From: Candidatus Saccharimonadota bacterium
Lineage (GTDB): Archaea; Nanohalarchaeota; Nanosalinia; Nanosalinales; Nanosalinaceae
Direction: 5' to 3'
NCBI GenBank assembly: GCA_001761425.1
Contig: CP012986.1
Coordinates: forward strand, 840,001-872,000
Length of the DNA stretch: 32,000 nucleotides
Shown: positions 7,865-15,676 of the stretch, piece after piece
Numbering within the stretch: position 1 is the stretch's first letter
How the letters are laid out: each line of letters opens with the position of its first letter
Made by a program: the position numbers and the translations under genes
The notes under the pieces: model-generated
The model's database searches: none
What the model saw: the letters and a program-made list of their open reading frames with translations, nothing else
Told to the model about the DNA's origin: nothing

Positions 7865-8012
7865 TTTTTGTATATACGTCAACAAAATTCTCTATTATCT
7901 AAACCAGGCTAGTGATGATGTGATTAAACTGGGACAGCAGAATAGAATAAAAATGATATGTACCTGAAGCGGGGGAAATTAGAACTCTGAAAGCCTGAAA
8001 AGGCCTTAAAGT

Positions 8013-8207
8013 TTATACTTCTGTGACGTTGACGGCCTTTGGCCCTCTGTCGCCTTCTTCCTGATCAAACTCGACTTCGTCGCCTTCTTCGACGTCGATG
8101 TCGCCGTCCTGATCGTCCTTATGGAAGAATACGTCATCATCCATTTCATCTGTCTCGATGAATCCGTAATTCTTCTGGTCGTGGAAGAACTTTACTGTTC
8201 CTTGCAA
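8013..8207 (-). CDS. csp: Cold-shock domain protein (CspA family), acidic variant
   Basis: GTVKFFHDQKNYGFI and VFFH correspond to the RNP1/RNP2 motifs. TTG start preceded by GGAGGTG (8215-8221) with a 7-nt spacer. A TTATAAAA TATA box lies at about 8248-8255. Confidence 0.85.
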   Translation of the reverse strand: MQGTVKFFHDQKNYGFIETDEMDDDVFFHKDDQDGDIDVEEGDEVEFDQEEGDRGPKAVNVTEV

Positions 8208-8335
8208 AATAAAACACCTCCTTTACAGTACATCTTTCGGAGGCAACTTTTATAATGGAAGTCATGTTACAGGACATATTTTCTGTTTTCAGCGAAAGGC
8301 CTCTAGTTCATTTCAAGATCTGAGGCCTTTTCCTC

Positions 8336-8575
8336 CTATTCGATCTCCAGTTCGAGAGATTCCTCGCCGTCTTCTTCGTCTCTCTCGACTTCTACTTCGA
8401 ACTCTGCATCTCTATCTGTCTCAAGCTGTACCTTTTGATCTCCGCTTTCAAGCTCCAGTTTCTCTCCATTCTCCAGCTTATCCGCCACATTTCTCAGATA
8501 TCCCGAGATCTCATCGGTGGACATCCTCTTCTCGAATTCAAGCAGTGTCTTTTCCATCGTTCCCAGGTAAATCAT
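8336..8575 (-). CDS. Small acidic protein, amphi-Trp-domain-like
   Basis: 79 aa. The pattern MSTDEISGYLRNVADKLENGEKLELESGD...EFEVEVERDEED...LELEIE resembles the haloarchaeal amphi-Trp domain, recalled from memory. The ATG at 8557 is an alternative start. Confidence 0.45.
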   Translation of the reverse strand: MIYLGTMEKTLLEFEKRMSTDEISGYLRNVADKLENGEKLELESGDQKVQLETDRDAEFEVEVERDEEDGEESLELEIE

Positions 8576-8577
8576 TA

Positions 8578-8617
8578 GTGAAAGAGGTTTAAGTCAATAT
8601 CAGCACTCCTCTTTCAC
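8578..8617. promoter_or_regulatory. 10-bp perfect inverted repeat bracketing a TATA-like element
   Basis: GTGAAAGAGG, then 20 nt containing TTTAAG, then CCTCTTTCAC. It lies immediately upstream of the 8336..8575 gene. Confidence 0.35.
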
Positions 8618-8792
8618 ATCCTGCAATAACCAAAAGAGACCTCGAAATAAACCGCAGTTGCTTCATCCAGTTTTCAAGGCCCCGATTATTTCTGAAGTTA
8701 CTGTCTTCCATCCTGCCTCTGGAATAACAGTGGCGCTAGATTAAATCTTTCTCGTCGAGTATTTATCTTTTGAAACATTATATGTAGGCTAG

Positions 8793-8984
8793 ATGCGGAT
8801 CAGATGGATTGCTTACTCCAGGGATAAACAGGATCTTATCTTCGTCCACGCCGAATCACACAGGGAAGCCATCGTGAAAGCTATGGACCGCGGTATAAGG
8901 CCTTCCCGCAGCAGTGATGTCAGGCCTCATGACGAAGATGCGGAGCTGATGGGCACCTCCGAGTTCAACGAGTTCATGTCATAG
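8793..8984 (+). CDS. Hypothetical small protein
   Basis: 63-aa ATG ORF in an otherwise empty 550-bp gap. No family recognised. Confidence 0.3.
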   Translation: MRIRWIAYSRDKQDLIFVHAESHREAIVKAMDRGIRPSRSSDVRPHDEDAELMGTSEFNEFMS

Positions 8985-9120
8985 AAAAAACAGTAGATTT
9001 TCTTTGATCGCAGACTTTTTCATCACTTATACTGTCAGTGTGATTACTCCTGCTACAGCAGGCGATTCTATACAGGGCGAAAGCCTTATGGTATAAGTTA
9101 ATACGGCGTTATTACCTGTT

Positions 9121-9588
9121 ATGACGCACGATATTGATGATGTCGGGTTCAGTGCTCCAGCAGTTACAGAAAATGATATTTTCGAGTACGAGTTTGAGGG
9201 AGAAGGAACTACTGTACTCGCCTTTTTCCCGGGAGCTTTCACAAGCGTCTGTACGGAGGAGATGTGCGAGTTCAGAGATTCTCTATCAGAACTGAATGAC
9301 CTTGGCGCGGAAGTTTTAGGGGTCAGCGTTGATACACCTTTCTCACTTAACGAGTTCAGAGAACAGTACAACCTGAACTTCAAACTGGTCAGCGACAACA
9401 GGAAAGAGATAATCGACCAGTACAACGTCAGAACAGATTTCCTGGAGATGGGATTCACAGGCCTTGCACAGAGAGCAATCTTCATAGTGAATGACGGAGA
9501 AGTCGTCTACAGCCAGGTGATGGATGACCCAGAGAATCTTCCTGATCTAGACGATCTCAGAGAAGCCCTGAAAGAGTTCTCAGAGTAA
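9121..9588 (+). CDS. Peroxiredoxin (AhpC/TSA-redoxin family)
   Basis: Peroxidatic-Cys motif FFPGAFTSVCTEE (PxxxTxxC) and a thioredoxin-fold length of 155 aa. The antisense ORF 9027..9485 is rejected. Confidence 0.85.
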   Translation: MTHDIDDVGFSAPAVTENDIFEYEFEGEGTTVLAFFPGAFTSVCTEEMCEFRDSLSELNDLGAEVLGVSVDTPFSLNEFREQYNLNFKLVSDNRKEIIDQYNVRTDFLEMGFTGLAQRAIFIVNDGEVVYSQVMDDPENLPDLDDLREALKEFSE

Positions 9589-9661
9589 AGATAAGGCCTC
9601 TAAACGGTAAACAGAAAAAATTCAACCTGTTTTTTTAATCGGGAGGACTAAACCTAGTGTC

Positions 9662-12358
9662 ATGGACTGGCACAGTAAATCCAGAGAAGAAATTTTCAGT
9701 CAGCTGGAAACAGATGAACAAGGCCTCAGCAGTGAAGAAGCAGAGAGAAGACTTGAAGAGTACGGCGAGAACCGTATAGAGGACGATGAATCGACTTCGA
9801 TGCTCAGCATCTTTATCAGCCAGTTCCAGGATAACCTGATCTATCTTCTGATGCTGGCAGGCCTTCTTTCTATCGCTGTCGGTTTTCTGCCAGGCCAGGA
9901 GCCTAAATATACTGAGACCGGTATTATTTTCCTGATACTTTTTGCGAACGGCGTTTTCGGTTTTATACAGGATTACAGGGCGGAAAAGTCGATCGAGGCC
10001 TTGAAGAAGATGTCTTCGCCTAATTCAACTGTCAGGAGGGACGGTGAGAAGAAAGAAGTTGATTCAACCAGGCTTGTTCCCGGCGATGTAATCTATCTTG
10101 AGCAGGGGGATGCAGTTCCTGCCGACGCATGGCTTCTGGAGGCAGAGTCACTGGATACCGATGAGTCAGCTCTTACCGGTGAAAGCATCAATGTCCAGAA
10201 AGATACAGATGTCAGGGAAGAGGATACACCGGTCGCTGAAAGAGGTAATATGGTCTTCATGGATACTCATGTTGTCAAGGGACGTGGAAAGGCAGTTATC
10301 ACAGACACAGGTATGGAGACCGAAGTAGGTGGTATAGCAGAAGAGATAGAGGAAGCAGATGAAAGCCAGACACCTTTCCAGGAGGAAGTAGATGTCATGG
10401 GCAAAAGAATAGGATACCTGGTTCTCGGAATCGTTTCCATCGTCGCAGTGATCCAGGTCGGACTGACAGGAGCAGGACCTATGACAATACTGCTCATGGC
10501 TATAGGCCTTTCAGTCGCAGCGATACCGGAATCCTTACCGGCTATCGTAACGCTTACACTCGCTCTAGGATCCAGAAAGTTACTGGCAAAAGACGCTCTG
10601 GTCAGAAGGCTTCCTGTGGTCGAAGCCCTGGGATCAGTTAACCATATCGTGACCGATAAAACCGGTACACTGACTGAAGGAATCATGACTGTGGAAAAAC
10701 TTTACTTCCAGGGAGAGGAGTTCGATGTCACAGGAAAAGGCACCAGTACAGAAGGAGAGTTCAAAAAGGACGGATACGAGACAGATGAAAACTATTTAAG
10801 GCCTTTACTTGAATGCGGACTTTACTGCAACAACTCTGAGAGAAGAAACGACGATTCAGAGGAAAAGTTCAGAGGAGAGCCTACAGAGATAGCGTTGCTC
10901 GCTGCTGCCAAAAAAGCAGGCCTTGAGGACGGAAAAGAAAGAAAGAGAAGTATTCCTTTCTCAGCGAACCGGAAAAGAATGACAGTTATCAAAGAAGATT
11001 CAAAGGCCTATATGAAAGGTGCTCCAGAGATAGTACTCGACAGATGTACACATATACTTGTCGACGGAGAGAAAAAAGAGCTTACAGAGGAGAGGAAAGA
11101 GGATATACTTGAACGAAACCACGAGTATGCGAAGAAGGCCTTGAGAGTTCTTGGCTTTGCCAGGAAAGATGTCGAAGATATTGAGGCGGACGATGATAAG
11201 ATCGAGAGCGGTATGACGTTTCTAGGCCTTCAATGCATGAAGGATCCGGCTCGTGAAGAGGTTAAAGGTGCTGTAGAGGAATGCAGGAATGCGGGGATCG
11301 GTGTGATCATGGCGACAGGAGATAACGTCGAGACTGCGAAGGCGATCGGCGAGGAGCTTGGCTTTGATCCTGAAGGTGCTGTGACTGGTAGAGAGATCGA
11401 GAAGATGAGCGACCAGGAACTGAGGGAGAAAGTGAAAGAACTCGAGATTTTCGCCCGTGTGACTCCGGAACACAAAGTGAGGATCTCTCAGGCCTTACAG
11501 GATCAGGGTTACAACGTTGCCATGACCGGTGACGGTGTAAACGATGCTCCAGCTCTGAAGAACTCGGACGTCGGCATTGCGATGGGTCAGAGGGGGACGG
11601 ATGTGGCGAAAAAGAGTTCTGACATGGTTCTTCAGGACGATAACTTTGTTACGATAAGAGATGCGATCTCGGAGGGAAGAGCGATCTTCGATAACATCAG
11701 GAAGGTTACGAACCAGCTTCTTTCCACGAACTCTGGAGAAGTCATGTTTGTCTTCCTGGGAACATTGATAGGAGGCCTTTTCTTCCCCGAATACTTCTCG
11801 ACCTCCGAATCAGTTGTACTGACTGCGGTGATGATCCTGTGGGTGAACTTTGCCAGTGACGGACCGCCGGCGATCGCCCTGGGCGAAGATCCGAAAGTAG
11901 AGGGTATAATGGATAGAGATCCGAGAGACCCCGACGAACCTATCCTGGACAAGAAGATCCTGGCCATGATCGCCTTCACAGGACCTCTGGCAGCTGCTAC
12001 AATGCTCCCACTGTTCTTCCTGAACATCGAGAACTTCCTCCAGGCACAGACCATGCTGTTCATGGCACTGGCATTCTTCGAGATAATCATGTTCCAGATA
12101 ATCAGAAGAGACTACGGCCTCAAACTAAGAGACAACAAATACCTCATAACCATGATAGGCCTCTCATCACTATCACACCTGGCATTACTCTACACACCGC
12201 TCTCAGGCCTCTTCGGAGTAACACCACTGGGCCTCGAAGCCTGGGCATACATCCTCACCGCACTCGGAGTATTCACCCTCGTAGAAGTAGGATACAGAAG
12301 AATCCTGTCAAGAAAATACGGCGACAGGAAAAAAGAATTCGACAAATTCTACGGATAA
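9662..12358 (+). CDS. Cation-transporting P-type ATPase (type II, Ca2+/SERCA-PMCA-like)
   Basis: 898 aa with DKTGTLT (phosphorylation site), TGES, MATGDN, GDGVNDAPAL and about 10 TM segments. Confidence 0.9.
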   Translation: MDWHSKSREEIFSQLETDEQGLSSEEAERRLEEYGENRIEDDESTSMLSIFISQFQDNLIYLLMLAGLLSIAVGFLPGQEPKYTETGIIFLILFANGVFGFIQDYRAEKSIEALKKMSSPNSTVRRDGEKKEVDSTRLVPGDVIYLEQGDAVPADAWLLEAESLDTDESALTGESINVQKDTDVREEDTPVAERGNMVFMDTHVVKGRGKAVITDTGMETEVGGIAEEIEEADESQTPFQEEVDVMGKRIGYLVLGIVSIVAVIQVGLTGAGPMTILLMAIGLSVAAIPESLPAIVTLTLALGSRKLLAKDALVRRLPVVEALGSVNHIVTDKTGTLTEGIMTVEKLYFQGEEFDVTGKGTSTEGEFKKDGYETDENYLRPLLECGLYCNNSERRNDDSEEKFRGEPTEIALLAAAKKAGLEDGKERKRSIPFSANRKRMTVIKEDSKAYMKGAPEIVLDRCTHILVDGEKKELTEERKEDILERNHEYAKKALRVLGFARKDVEDIEADDDKIESGMTFLGLQCMKDPAREEVKGAVEECRNAGIGVIMATGDNVETAKAIGEELGFDPEGAVTGREIEKMSDQELREKVKELEIFARVTPEHKVRISQALQDQGYNVAMTGDGVNDAPALKNSDVGIAMGQRGTDVAKKSSDMVLQDDNFVTIRDAISEGRAIFDNIRKVTNQLLSTNSGEVMFVFLGTLIGGLFFPEYFSTSESVVLTAVMILWVNFASDGPPAIALGEDPKVEGIMDRDPRDPDEPILDKKILAMIAFTGPLAAATMLPLFFLNIENFLQAQTMLFMALAFFEIIMFQIIRRDYGLKLRDNKYLITMIGLSSLSHLALLYTPLSGLFGVTPLGLEAWAYILTALGVFTLVEVGYRRILSRKYGDRKKEFDKFYG

Positions 12359-12412
12359 AAAAAGAAGGACCGGGATATAGAGAATCTGGGAACGATTACT
12401 ATCAGAAGCAGA

Positions 12413-13006
12413 TCAGTATAGGTGTGATTTTTCGTTCACTGAATTAATTGACCATCCTTTTTCTGCTGTCCAATTTAATTTGTTTACATTACAGTTTTCC
12501 TGATTTATTCTGTAACTGTTCTTGGCTGAGTGGTCCAGTATTCCCATTAAAGTGCTGCTTATTGTTCCTCCATGTGATATGATCACTACCTTTTCTCCTT
12601 CATTCTTCTCCTTGATACTGTTCAGGAACTCCGCTCCTCTTTCTTTTAATTCTTCCAGACTTTCTCCATCTTCTGGTTTCCACAGGTAATCTTCCGTTTC
12701 CGAATTGGATACCTCTTCTATCAACTCCTCAAATCTCTCTCCCTCAAATTTCGCTCTTGCGACCTCCTTCAGCTCCCCAGACTTTTCTACCTCTAAATCA
12801 TGCGGTTCTGCAACAATTTCAGCAGTCTCTACAGCTCTCGTCATCGAACTAGAATATATTTTGCTAATATCTTCTTCGGCAAGTCTATCTCTGAGTTTTC
12901 GGGCCTGTTCCCTCCCTTCCTCATTAATTCTGGATTCCATCTGACCCTGAACTACGCCGTTTTCGTTATGTTCAGTCTTTCCATGCCTACAGAGAAAAAG
13001 CTCCAT
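12413..13006 (-). CDS. Histidine phosphatase (phosphoglycerate mutase) family protein
   Basis: RHG catalytic motif (LFLCRHGKTEHN) and a downstream SHGG motif. The start is taken at MELFLCRHG (13006); the ORF track extends to 13048. Noticeably AT-richer than its surroundings and lacks AGGCCT. Confidence 0.8.
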   Translation of the reverse strand: MELFLCRHGKTEHNENGVVQGQMESRINEEGREQARKLRDRLAEEDISKIYSSSMTRAVETAEIVAEPHDLEVEKSGELKEVARAKFEGERFEELIEEVSNSETEDYLWKPEDGESLEELKERGAEFLNSIKEKNEGEKVVIISHGGTISSTLMGILDHSAKNSYRINQENCNVNKLNWTAEKGWSINSVNEKSHLY

Positions 13007-13144
13007 ACCAAGAGGTTGGACAGAAAAAATTAAATCAGTGAATGGCATGACCCGGGTTTACATCGGGATCAAAGCATGTACGATTGGAAGTCTCCCAATT
13101 TTCTGGAGCCTCGAATTTGTAAATCTTAAGTCGAAAGTTTTATC

Positions 13145-13609
13145 ATGGGATATAATGTAAGAACAGCTGAGCTCGATGATGTTGAGAGGATACAGGAGCT
13201 ATCCGTTAAGCTTTCTGAATGGGAGGAAGAAGAGTTCGACTCTACCATCAATCCGGACTGGAACACAACAGAGGAAGCAACGGAATGGTTTGAGCAACGT
13301 GTCTACGAAGGTTTTGCATATGTTGCAGTTGATGAAGAAATAGTCGGATATCTGATAGGAGCAGTCAACGGCTCAGAAGAATACCGTGATGATCTAACAG
13401 TCGCCGAACTTGAATCCATGTATCTTCACCCCGACTATCGAGGAAAAGGAATTGGGACAGAACTAGCGGAAAAGTTCCAGCAGGACGCAGAAGAAAAAAG
13501 CGCCGACCGCCTTAGAGTAGAGGTAACCGCTGACAACCAGAACGGACGAGAATTCTACAAAGCACTAGGCCTCACAGACTACGCAGTAACAATGGAAAAA
13601 GAACTGTAA
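13145..13609 (+). CDS. GNAT-family N-acetyltransferase
   Basis: 154 aa with the acetyl-CoA-binding motif A: LHPDYRGKGIGTEL (R/Q-x-x-G-x-G/A). Confidence 0.8.
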   Translation: MGYNVRTAELDDVERIQELSVKLSEWEEEEFDSTINPDWNTTEEATEWFEQRVYEGFAYVAVDEEIVGYLIGAVNGSEEYRDDLTVAELESMYLHPDYRGKGIGTELAEKFQQDAEEKSADRLRVEVTADNQNGREFYKALGLTDYAVTMEKEL

Positions 13610-13694
13610 CTCAGAAACTCTTCAACCCTGTTAATAGAGGCCGGAATACAGCAGTATTAAATCTGTAGTTTTTTCAATAATTACCTGTTTCCTT

Positions 13695-14315
13695 ATGACT
13701 GACAAAGATGCTATTGACAACTATCTTGTGTGGGAGCTTTGCAAGGAACAAGGTATCCAGAAGATGATTATTCAGGGTTCTGCTGATGGAGAGGACTTGA
13801 AAGAATTTGTTGAAAAAGTCAAGCAGAAATACAATAAGAAGAATTATGACCGTAGTGAAAAGATGGGCAAGTTGCAGGAGTTGGATAGCAATCCTGAATA
13901 TAGACGCAGAATTTTTGAAAGCTGCTCGTGGAGCAGGGAAAATGTAAAGCTAGAGGATTTGGGAACAACTTTGCCTCGTTTTGGAGGCTTACCTCCTGAA
14001 GTAATTTCAGGTTCACTTCCAGAAGTTGTACAGTTCGTTAGAAAAGCAGACCCAGAGGAATATCAGAGTGTAAAATACATAATGAGGTTAAAGGAAGTGC
14101 CTGAAGTCTTGAATGAATTTTTACCATGGGTAATTACTCCTGGCAAAAGGGAGAGCAAACGAGATAGGATGAATAGAGTACATGGTGAGAGGGATTGGGA
14201 TATAGAGGATACTTGGGGAATGATTAATGATGGGAACCACCGTACAGTTGCTAAAGTCTTGACTAATGATTCAGACCAGATAGAGTGCTATGTAGGTCAT
14301 CGACAAAGTCATTAG
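13695..14315 (+). CDS. ParB/Srx-superfamily (ParB-like nuclease domain) protein
   Basis: 206 aa. The C-terminal MINDGNHRTVAKVL matches the DGxHR core of ParB N-terminal-type domains. No Cys in the motif, so it is not a sulfiredoxin. No AGGCCT in the gene. Confidence 0.45.
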   Translation: MTDKDAIDNYLVWELCKEQGIQKMIIQGSADGEDLKEFVEKVKQKYNKKNYDRSEKMGKLQELDSNPEYRRRIFESCSWSRENVKLEDLGTTLPRFGGLPPEVISGSLPEVVQFVRKADPEEYQSVKYIMRLKEVPEVLNEFLPWVITPGKRESKRDRMNRVHGERDWDIEDTWGMINDGNHRTVAKVLTNDSDQIECYVGHRQSH

Positions 14316-14483
14316 GAGCTAATTTAGCCTTGGCAGTTCCGAGATTCCTTAGAACTGTGGATATGCAACTGGCAGTTTTTGGAAGCCATGCAGAGCATGG
14401 CTTATGATTATAAAAACACTGAATTCCATTCGAATTCAGTTCGAACCAACTTTCTAAAGAAAATTGGTGACTTTCAGAAGTTT

Positions 14484-14505
14484 TGGCAGGACCCGGATTC
14501 GAAAC
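14484..14505 (-). repeat. Partial direct copy of the tRNA-Pro 3' end (positions about 52-73)
   Basis: The minus strand reads GTTTCGAATCCGGGTCCTGCCA. It is 20/22 identical to positions 52-73 of the tRNA-Pro at 14617..14689 and lies 111 nt downstream of it. No partner 5' acceptor strand lies in between. Confidence 0.75.
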
Positions 14506-14616
14506 TCGATAGAGTTTCTGCATCCCCAGAAAATCCTTCGGATTTTCGATGGATTTGAACTTGAAAACAAGTTTTCTGCTGCTTCAAATCACGGGTTGAA
14601 GCAGCGCTGAAAGCGA

Positions 14617-14689
14617 TGGCAGGACCCGGATTTGAACCGGGGTCTGGCCGTCCCAAACGGCCAATGATAGTCCACTACACCATCCCGCC
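14617..14689 (-). tRNA. tRNA-Pro (anticodon TGG)
   Basis: Hand-folded 73-nt cloverleaf: GGCGGGA TG GTGT AGTGGACTA TCAT T GGCCG TTTGGGA CGGCC AGAC CCCGG TTCAAAT CCGGG TCCTGCC A. It has one G4-U69 wobble and a weak D-stem. Confidence 0.85.
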
Positions 14690-14764
14690 GTTACACTTTA
14701 ATCTGGTTCGAAAACCTTTAATCAGGTTTTCTACGATGATCGAACTCTCACGAGTTCGGTTCAT

Positions 14765-14779
14765 CTACACCATCCCGCC
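14765..14779 (-). repeat. Partial direct copy of the tRNA-Pro 5' end (positions 1-15)
   Basis: The minus strand reads GGCGGGATGGTGTAG, 15/15 identical to the start of the tRNA-Pro. It lies 75 nt upstream of it. Identity again stops after position 15. Confidence 0.8.
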
Positions 14780-14807
14780 CTGCGTATTATGTTGGTCTTA
14801 GTTAAGT

Positions 14808-14817
14808 CTTTTAAACC
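14808..14817 (-). promoter_or_regulatory. TATA box upstream of the outer tRNA-Pro 5' copy
   Basis: The minus strand reads GGTTTAAAAG. The TTTAAAA element ends about 30 nt upstream of position 14779, which is the normal spacing for an archaeal tRNA promoter. Confidence 0.4.
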
Positions 14818-14913
14818 AATATGTTAGGGCTGGAGGCCTTTACTGGTTTTTTCTATCTCCGGTTTTTGAATAGGTGAAGTGTTTTTTTATTCTGTGATAC
14901 GTGTTTTTTTGCT

Positions 14914-15666
14914 GTGAGTTCTGATAGGATTGTTGAATTGGCTGGTCTTGAGGATGATCCGTCTATCCATGAGATTCGTGGCCGGATGGCGACTCTGCTT
15001 GATGTTTACGAGGGTTCTCGGGAGTTTGGAGGCCTTGCTCCGTTTCTGCATGTTTATCATGCTGTGACTTCCACTGTGGCTGATAGGAGGGTTGAAGGCG
15101 GTTTCTTTGATGATCCTGAGGCCTTGGAGAGTCTTGATGCTGCATTTGCCAGTCTTTATTTTGATCCTGTCAGGGGTTTTATTTCGAATGAGGAGATGAG
15201 GAGGCCTTGGAAGACATATTTTGAGTACTGTTCAGAGGGTGGGAGGCCTGTTATCAAGATGTTGCTGGGTATTAATGCGCATATTAATGCTGATCTGGCT
15301 CATGCTCTCTATCTTGAGGATTACGGTCGGAGGAGGGATTATGACCGGATCAATGGTATTTTGAAGAGCGAGCTTTCGAGTTCTATGCATTATCTTGCGA
15401 GGAAAGGTGATGCAGCAGGTTTACTGGGTCTTTTTGACAGGCCTCTGGCACACAGGGAGTTCAGGAAATTGATTGTGAACTGGAGGGAGCTTACATGGAG
15501 TAACTATCAGATGTTGGAGGCGGAAGGTTTCGAGGAGCACAGGGAAGAGCTTTACAGTCAGACTGAGCGGGTTGCGAAGGAGATCATTGAGCTTGAAGAA
15601 GGATTTGACTATCTTAATCTTTATTCTACTGTGAAAAAGGCGAACAGGCTTAAGGTGGAGCTTTGA
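14914..15666 (+). CDS. Hypothetical protein, DUF5995-like
   Basis: 250 aa with a GTG start. The pattern FLHVYHAVT...FASLYFDP...GINAHINADLAHAL resembles DUF5995, recalled from memory only. Confidence 0.5.
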   Translation: MSSDRIVELAGLEDDPSIHEIRGRMATLLDVYEGSREFGGLAPFLHVYHAVTSTVADRRVEGGFFDDPEALESLDAAFASLYFDPVRGFISNEEMRRPWKTYFEYCSEGGRPVIKMLLGINAHINADLAHALYLEDYGRRRDYDRINGILKSELSSSMHYLARKGDAAGLLGLFDRPLAHREFRKLIVNWRELTWSNYQMLEAEGFEEHREELYSQTERVAKEIIELEEGFDYLNLYSTVKKANRLKVEL

Positions 15667-15676
15667 AGGCCTTTTT
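15667..15676. terminator. AGGCCT + T5 between convergent genes
   Basis: AGGCCTTTTT lies directly after the TGA stop of 14914..15666 and abuts the stop of 15676..16200. Confidence 0.3.

Noticed and set aside
13695-14315. The ParB-like protein as a sulfiredoxin that would fit the peroxiredoxin/Msr redox theme
   Set aside because: The Srx catalytic motif needs a Cys (FxGCHR). This protein has DGNHR with no Cys, so only the general ParB/Srx superfamily call is supported.
14320-14616. A possible SRP (7S) RNA or other known structured RNA between the ParB-like gene and tRNA-Pro
   Set aside because: The region is AT-rich with simple hairpins (for example ACTGAATTC-cattc-GAATTCAGT at about 14414-14436, followed by a T-run on the minus strand). 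It lacks GC-rich SRP helix 8/6 motifs. It is more likely terminators and trailer structure.
14484-14779. A tRNA-Pro(GGG) isoacceptor built from the outer copies, using the CTGGGGA string at about 14524-14530 as an anticodon loop
   Set aside because: The flanking 5-mers (ATTTT / TGCAG) do not pair. The outer T-stem has a U53-C61 mismatch and no 5' T-stem strand. No D-loop GG is present.
14263-14801. ORF-track ORFs 14263..14523(-), 14474..14656(-) and 14616..14801(+)
   Set aside because: They run through the tRNA-Pro gene, its partial copies and hairpin-rich spacer DNA. They have non-acidic, low-complexity translations unlike the real proteins here.
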